In this document: piece after piece, positions 61,601 to 64,000 of the stretch | Layout of the letters: each line of letters begins with the position of its first letter | How positions within the stretch are numbered: the first letter of the stretch is position 1 | Assembly (NCBI RefSeq): GCF_963921235.1 | Contig: NC_086108.1 | Span: 63,304,001-63,368,000, forward strand | Reading direction: 5' to 3' | Origin: Mobula hypostoma | Taxonomy: Eukaryota | DNA length: 64,000 nucleotides | Made by a program: the position numbers and the translations under genes | The notes under the pieces: model-generated | The model's input: the letters and a program-made list of their open reading frames with translations, nothing else | Database searches by the model: none | Told to the model about the DNA's origin: nothing

Positions 61601-63839
61601 AAAGAAAACTTGAGTACTTTCTCTTTCTGTGTTTATACTAGCATGATTGTGAGCAAGCAAAACTTCGTGAGCATGAGGAGAACCTGTTAGTAACAGCTTG
61701 GTACAATAAGGTAAATCATTAAGTAAAGGTGACATACCACATTGCAACTTAGCAAAGAGTCTGTGGATTTCTTACTCTTTCCTGAAAACCCTTATGATTT
61801 TTCTGTAGATTTAAATCTAACTTCCTCTTGAAAACTGAAATTGCTTCTGTCCTTAAGCAATAACTTTCAAATTTAAACTCATTTTTAATTTAAAATAAAG
61901 CATCTCAATGCATGTAATAATTTATCTTGGTTTGCTTTTTGATCCTCAGCCAATTATTAACTATCTGTGACCTTTGGTAATGGCTCCTCTACTACTAGTA
62001 AAAATATTCCTTCTGTAAAAGCTACTTTTGAACACCCCTCTCTACTTTCTCTGGTCAATTCCTGTGTTTTGACTCTCTCTGAGTTTCTTGAAGTCCCTCA
62101 TTCATTTATAAATCTCATGTGATGAAAATCTAATCTCTTGGTTTATAAAGATTGCCCAGGTTACCTGTTTCAATGCTCCATACTTTTGTTTATAAACCTA
62201 AGAATCTCATGTTGCCTTTAATAAATTATCAACCTCCTCCACAATTTACAAATGTATGAGTCCTTCTAATGCGCTGGCCTTCAGTTACGAACACTTGATT
62301 TATGGACTCCCCTTCATATGAGTAAGCTTCCTTAATATTAAATTCAAAGGTCCAAAATATGTACTTACATACATGCATACATACATACATTCATTCCAAG
62401 GAATTTCATAACTAATTTCTACTTTTAGTATTTGTTCTTTCCTATCAATCTTATATACAGCTGATGCCATTCATTACAAATCTCTGGAGCTGGTTACCAT
62501 ATAGGGAGTGATTTTTGTTTATTGAGGACAAAATCAACTTGTAGATATCTGTGTAATCAAACCTGTTTGTTACTTGAGATGGCCTGTAATTTGTTTCATT
62601 CTGCTCTGTAAAAATCTTTACTTTGCACCTTTATAGCTCATATTTCATTTCCTCATTTTTGTATTCTATCCATATAATCCTAACATCTGCTAATGTCTCT
62701 TCAGTTGTTTAATGAACATCTGAGTTTGGTGTCATTTGAAACTCGAAATACTGTCCTCCTTACTCTCCTGGTTATGAATAGCAATTAATATTGATCCCCA
62801 GAACTACTTTATAGTTGTTTCTTCCAAATTGAAAAGCAATTCATCACCTTTCTTTTTTGTCTCCTCTTGTTCATTTCTGTGTATATGATGTCCCTCCCTT
62901 CTTTGTTATGGGTTTCAGTTTTGCCAACGATGAGCTACTTTTAACTCTCCTTTCCAATGCACCTCTATATTAGCTTTCTCTCCTATTTTACGAAAGAAAT
63001 CCAAATTATTCAAATAATACATGCACTTAGGAAATCCATGTGGACTGCATTTTTTGTCTCAAACCTTCTAATCTTTAAGTCTTGTTTAATTGAACACAGT
63101 TATTCCACAAAACTGACACTTATGGAATATTTTATGCTTTTGAGACACCCCCCCCCCAAAGTTTTGACAGAAAGAATAAACAAAATTGTTTCTATACCAA
63201 TGATCATAGCTTATTTTATACAGATTAAATTGTTTTCCATATGTGATGTGCTATGCTGATCTTAAGAAATAATGGACTGCCATAGTAAGTCTATGCTGAC
63301 ATTTCTCCAGTCATTGGTCTCGAACCCTGTGGGTCACTCAGCTCAGTACAAGTTTTTGTATATCATAAGAAGAATAGAAATGGAAGCAGGAATAATGCAT
63401 ACGATTGGTCAATTCTGCTCAGCAGTTGCGTGAGACCTGGTTGATGTACCTAATTTTTGTCTGATTTCCCTGGCATTCACAGACCTGTGAGGTATAGCAT
63501 TCCACAGGTTTACGGTCCTCTCCAAATCCACATTAGAATCCCAAACGTTTGAGCTATTTTCTTGAAATTATAATTCTTAAGTTCTGGAATTTTAGTACGT
63601 TCTTGGCACCTGCCCTCTCAATTCCCTTGAAATCTTGTTTTGTTATTTCCACATTTCTCAATATAAAACAAATAATTGTGCACTACTTTCAGAGTTTGGC
63701 TTTTCAGAAGATGGCAATTGAAGCTCGACTTGAAGGCCTCAGTTCAAATAAAAATCGGTCCTTCTTAGCACAACAACGACAGGTTACCAGTTCACAGAAA
63801 GCACTTACAGTTGCCGTGGCTGCAGCACCTCCCAAATAG
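1140..63839 (+). CDS. HOOK1: HOOK1 (hook microtubule-tethering protein 1), 3' part: 16 coding exons, 1668 nt, 555 aa + stop; 5' exons outside window
   Basis: Manually spliced exons with AG/GT boundaries and consistent phases give a peptide colinear with human HOOK1 as recalled ([65 protein letters not shown]). The C-terminal AWYNK-SLAFQK motif matches HOOK1 rather than HOOK2/3 (AWYNMGM). Confidence 0.95.
1742..2166. mobile_element. Degenerate non-autonomous Tc1/mariner-like DNA element
   Basis: Imperfect TIRs ACTCAGTGGTCACTTCATTAG.. (1743) and ..TACTGATAAGGTAGCCACTGAGT (ending 2166); an extra TIR copy makes a hairpin at 1743-1796; no ORF. Confidence 0.6.
3549..3632 (+). CDS. HOOK1: HOOK1 exon (~ex8) [28 protein letters not shown]
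   Basis: ttttcag|CTG...CAG|gtcagt; 84 nt. Confidence 0.93.
4652..5710 (+). mobile_element. Degenerate V-SINE (HE1-like), split by the CR1 at 4864-5617
   Basis: tRNA-like head GGTAGCACAACTGGT..., V-domain-like GAGTTAGCTCATTCTC...CCCACATTCCAAA, CR1-like tail resumes after 5617; recognised from memory of the family. Confidence 0.45.
4864..5617 (-). mobile_element. CR1 LINE, 5'-truncated 3' fragment
   Basis: ORFs 4927..5406 and 5434..5703 ([19 protein letters not shown]...FFTQRVV); TTCTATG-type tail. Confidence 0.93.
7640..8075 (+). mobile_element. Old degenerate CR1 3' fragment
   Basis: DNA similarity to CR1 3' ends elsewhere in the window (TTCAGGACAGAGATGAGGAGAAATTTCTTCAC); no ORF. Confidence 0.6.
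9312..9469 (+). CDS. HOOK1: HOOK1 exon (~ex9) [15 protein letters not shown]...[13 protein letters not shown]
   Basis: ttctag|GTT...AG|gtttgt; 158 nt; overlaps ORF 9342..9590. Confidence 0.94.
12259..16421 (+). mobile_element. Near full-length CR1 (frameshifted): ORF1 SGNH esterase ~12500-13426, ORF2 APE endonuclease + RT ~13540-16345
   Basis: GDSIVRG/GTND/DGLH motifs; YFNARS..SETWL..GDFN..SDH endonuclease motifs; [10 protein letters not shown] and KFADD RT motifs; TTTCTATGG tail. Confidence 0.95.
16431..17144 (-). mobile_element. CR1 3' fragment, tail-to-tail with the element at 12259-16421
   Basis: ORF 16652..17125 is a CR1 ORF2 C-terminus. Confidence 0.92.
20896..21036 (+). CDS. HOOK1: HOOK1 exon (~ex10) [47 protein letters not shown]
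   Basis: ctccag|G...AG|gtaata; 141 nt, phase 2/2. Confidence 0.96.
21051..21147 (+). mobile_element. PLE terminal-repeat fragment with degenerate hammerhead (CUGACAA)
   Basis: Colinear with 760-856; starts ~15 nt after a HOOK1 splice donor. Confidence 0.8.
21198..21394 (-). mobile_element. Short CR1 3' fragment
   Basis: Same 3' end as 30647; TSD AAGTAG at 21192-21197 and 21395-21400. Confidence 0.85.
21457..22275 (-). mobile_element. Non-coding non-autonomous retroelement with Rex1-like tail, inserted in an old CR1 relic
   Basis: Minus strand begins ..GATGGCGC.., is CpG-rich, and ends ..TAAATTGAACCTTTGAAC like the other Rex-type tails here; no recognisable ORF. Confidence 0.5.
23295..25032 (-). 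mobile_element. CR1, 5'-truncated, young
   Basis: 347-aa open RT ORF 23980..25023 plus C-terminal fragments; possible TSD TGCATA. Confidence 0.95.
25295..25591 (+). mobile_element. Old CR1 3' end abutting a HOOK1 acceptor
   Basis: AGAAGCTGTTTCCA...GAATGGCTGCCTCATGTGCCGTAAC followed by ATTCTGTG-type tail units. Confidence 0.55.
25604..25805 (+). CDS. HOOK1: HOOK1 exon (~ex11) [20 protein letters not shown]...AQLETYKRQ
   Basis: cttcag|G...CAA|gtaagc; 202 nt; overlaps ORF 25641..25850. Confidence 0.96.
26866..26976 (+). CDS. HOOK1: HOOK1 exon (~ex12) [37 protein letters not shown]
   Basis: ttcaag|GTT...GAA|gtgagt; 111 nt. Confidence 0.95.
27797..29748 (+). mobile_element. CR1, 5'-truncated; same family as 12259-16421
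   Basis: ORFs 27677..29173 and 29125..29508; DNA nearly colinear with 14468-16420. Confidence 0.95.
29956..30043 (+). CDS. HOOK1: HOOK1 exon (~ex13) [29 protein letters not shown]
   Basis: ctacag|CGG...G|gtaaat; 88 nt. Confidence 0.95.
30477..30537 (+). CDS. HOOK1: HOOK1 exon (~ex14) [21 protein letters not shown]
   Basis: ctctag|GT...CG|gtatag; 61 nt, phase 1/2. Confidence 0.92.
30647..34122 (-). mobile_element. CR1 extending into ORF1, degenerate with internal deletions
   Basis: ORF2 fragments 30738-33183; ORF1-like STPVAVPLN at 33892..34098; tail at 30647. Confidence 0.92.
34751..34875 (+). mobile_element. 125-bp CR1 chimera: RT-domain piece joined directly to the 3' tail
   Basis: 34751-34822 matches 57451-57522 and 34823-34875 matches ~58586-58638; imperfect TSD AAATGTTCAA/AAATATTTAA. 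Confidence 0.8.
35188..35328 (+). CDS. HOOK1: HOOK1 exon (~ex15) [25 protein letters not shown]...NELETENR
   Basis: acttag|A...AG|gttggg; 141 nt. Confidence 0.95.
35592..35629 (-). ncRNA. Minimal type I hammerhead ribozyme (PLE-associated)
   Basis: Exact reverse complement of 757-794. Confidence 0.8.
35914..36878 (+). mobile_element. CR1 3' fragment, young; same family as 23295-25032
   Basis: Open ORF 35880..36782 to the natural stop (GKAGAGF*); (TTTCTATG)n tail. Confidence 0.95.
37261..37886 (-). mobile_element. Rex1/Babar-like LINE RT fragment (probable tail remnant at ~35500-35544)
   Basis: [23 protein letters not shown] in ORF 37375..37614. Confidence 0.75.
38066..40439 (+). mobile_element. 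CR1, 5'-truncated; same family as 52001-54896
   Basis: ORFs 38169..40344; (TCTTATGG)n tail. Confidence 0.95.
40638..40725 (+). CDS. HOOK1: HOOK1 exon (~ex16) [29 protein letters not shown]
   Basis: atgcag|A...GAT|gtgagt; 88 nt. Confidence 0.94.
40850..41530 (+). mobile_element. Non-autonomous SINE-like element with RTE-type tail, split at 41150-41456
   Basis: Tail AATGGCAAATGACTTCTGT-AGAAAAA-TTTGCCAAGAAC rejoins across the insert and resembles RTE/Bov-A-type 3' ends (from memory). Confidence 0.45.
41150..41456 (-). mobile_element. PLE terminal fragment (related subfamily) with a G12A-mutant hammerhead at 41249-41286
   Basis: TSD AGAAAAA at 41143-41149 and 41457-41463; minus strand AGTC-CTGATGA-AGGGTCTTGGCCC-AAAACGTC. 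Confidence 0.78.
43163..43194 (+). CDS. HOOK1: HOOK1 32-nt microexon (~ex17) [11 protein letters not shown]
   Basis: ttttacag|TGT...CT|gtaagt; needed to link phase 0 to phase 2; resembles human SSKLKQKLEAHM. Confidence 0.88.
43519..43632. repeat. Compound microsatellite (TATG)n/(TG)n/(TA)n/(CA)n
   Basis: Read directly from the sequence. Confidence 0.95.
43633..44222. mobile_element. R4/Dong (Rex6-like) restriction-like-endonuclease retrotransposon fragment with internal inversion
   Basis: Minus 44110->43633 translates, with frameshifts and stops, to [69 protein letters not shown]; plus 44116-> gives the terminal GTARILH*ILKLP. Confidence 0.82.
44390..45409 (-). mobile_element. Younger Rex1-like LINE, 5'-truncated, nested in the older one
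   Basis: [33 protein letters not shown] open to the stop at 44529. Confidence 0.9.
47357..48564 (+). mobile_element. CR1 3' fragment, degenerate
   Basis: ORFs 47394..48209 ([20 protein letters not shown]); TCTTATGGTCT tail. Confidence 0.9.
48810..48892 (+). CDS. HOOK1: HOOK1 exon (~ex18) [27 protein letters not shown]
   Basis: ttatag|A...T|gtaagt; 83 nt. Confidence 0.94.
48924..49223 (+). mobile_element. tRNA-derived CORE-type SINE
   Basis: Pol III A box TGGCCAAGTGG 48935-48945; B box-like AGTTCGAGC from 48979; CORE-like GTGTCCTTGAGCAAGGCACTTAAC ~49007-49030; A tail; TSD ATTAG(A/G)GAGAT at 48913-48923 and 49224-49234. Confidence 0.85.
49424..49975 (-). mobile_element. Rex1/Babar-like LINE 3' fragment
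   Basis: ORF 49640..49897 ([28 protein letters not shown]). Confidence 0.8.
50579..50679 (+). CDS. HOOK1: HOOK1 exon (~ex19) [34 protein letters not shown]
   Basis: ttctag|CT...AAT|gtgagt; 101 nt. Confidence 0.96.
52001..54896 (-). mobile_element. CR1 with nearly complete ORF2 (frameshifted), nested
   Basis: ORFs 54472..54894, 53788..54345, 52214..53791; TSD TATT; a ~20-bp tandem duplication near 53782-53824 breaks the frame. Confidence 0.95.
55324..56637 (-). mobile_element. Neptune-type Penelope-like element, 5'-truncated (RT thumb, Cys linker, GIY-YIG, terminal repeat)
   Basis: [18 protein letters not shown] (56144..56671); CKRNKCYTC linker; [23 protein letters not shown] (55726..56178); TSD TAC. 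Confidence 0.92.
55387..55424 (-). ncRNA. Hammerhead ribozyme motif, core intact but stem I weakened
   Basis: UAGUU-CUGAAGA-AGGGUCUCGGCCC-GAAA-CGUC^GACCG, ~300 nt downstream of the PLE stop codon. Confidence 0.6.
59679..59780 (+). CDS. HOOK1: HOOK1 exon (~ex20) [34 protein letters not shown]
   Basis: atctag|GTG...CAG|gtatga; 102 nt. Confidence 0.95.
60208..60850 (-). mobile_element. Rex1/Babar-like LINE 3' fragment
   Basis: ORFs 60487..60807 ([20 protein letters not shown]) and 60405..60659. Confidence 0.8.
61061..61322. mobile_element. Second PLE-derived fold-back insertion with hammerhead motifs (minus 61164-61201; degenerate plus 61278-61313)
   Basis: Arms 61156-61224 and 61254-61322 are inverted; imperfect TSD ACTCTTG(G)TTTT. 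Confidence 0.85.
61642..61710 (+). CDS. HOOK1: HOOK1 exon (~ex21) [23 protein letters not shown]
   Basis: tactag|CAT...AAG|gtaaat; 69 nt. Confidence 0.95.
63693..63839 (+). CDS. HOOK1: HOOK1 last coding exon [13 protein letters not shown]...[11 protein letters not shown]...PPK*
   Basis: tttcag|AGT...TAG; in frame with ORF 63549..63839; 3' UTR runs to the window end. Confidence 0.95.
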   Translation, partial: SLAFQKMAIEARLEGLSSNKNRSFLAQQRQVTSSQKALTVAVAAAPPK

Positions 63840-64000
63840 AACGACTTGGAATCTATCGAATATGTACGGAATGTGTCTACATTAAAATAGCTCAAGAGTA
63901 GAAAGCAAAATTATGATATACATCAGTGTTTAATAATTCTGCTCCTTCTAAGAATAGGTTTCCTTTCTAATGGAAATGATTACCTTTAACTTGTAAAGAA

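Noticed and set aside
61850..63650. Very old minus-strand CR1-like traces (similar faint traces at ~3020-3180, 5750-6060, 41870-42095)
   Set aside because: Too degenerate to set boundaries or family reliably without alignment.

Overview
Eukaryotic, vertebrate DNA. The repeat families suggest a cartilaginous fish, probably a ray or skate (inference). The window holds the last 16 coding exons of a plus-strand HOOK1 gene (HOOK-family dynein/microtubule adaptor; equivalent to human exons ~7-22). All introns are GT-AG, the phases join into one open frame of 555 aa, and the stop is at 63837-63839. The 5' exons lie upstream of the window. By my rough tally about 60% of the sequence is transposon-derived: many CR1 LINEs (two near full length with an SGNH-esterase ORF1, several nested), Rex1/Babar-like LINE pieces, Neptune-type Penelope-like elements (PLEs), an R4/Dong-clade fragment missed by the ORF track, SINEs and a Tc1-like relic. 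Most notable: (1) PLE terminal repeats carrying minimal type I hammerhead ribozymes, two of them as TSD-flanked fold-back insertions; (2) twin-priming-like inversions in a PLE and in the R4/Dong element; (3) a candidate 33-nt poison exon; (4) inverted CR1 pairs bracketing a frame-symmetric five-exon block. No database searches or folding programs were run, and TE boundaries are approximate unless a TSD is cited.
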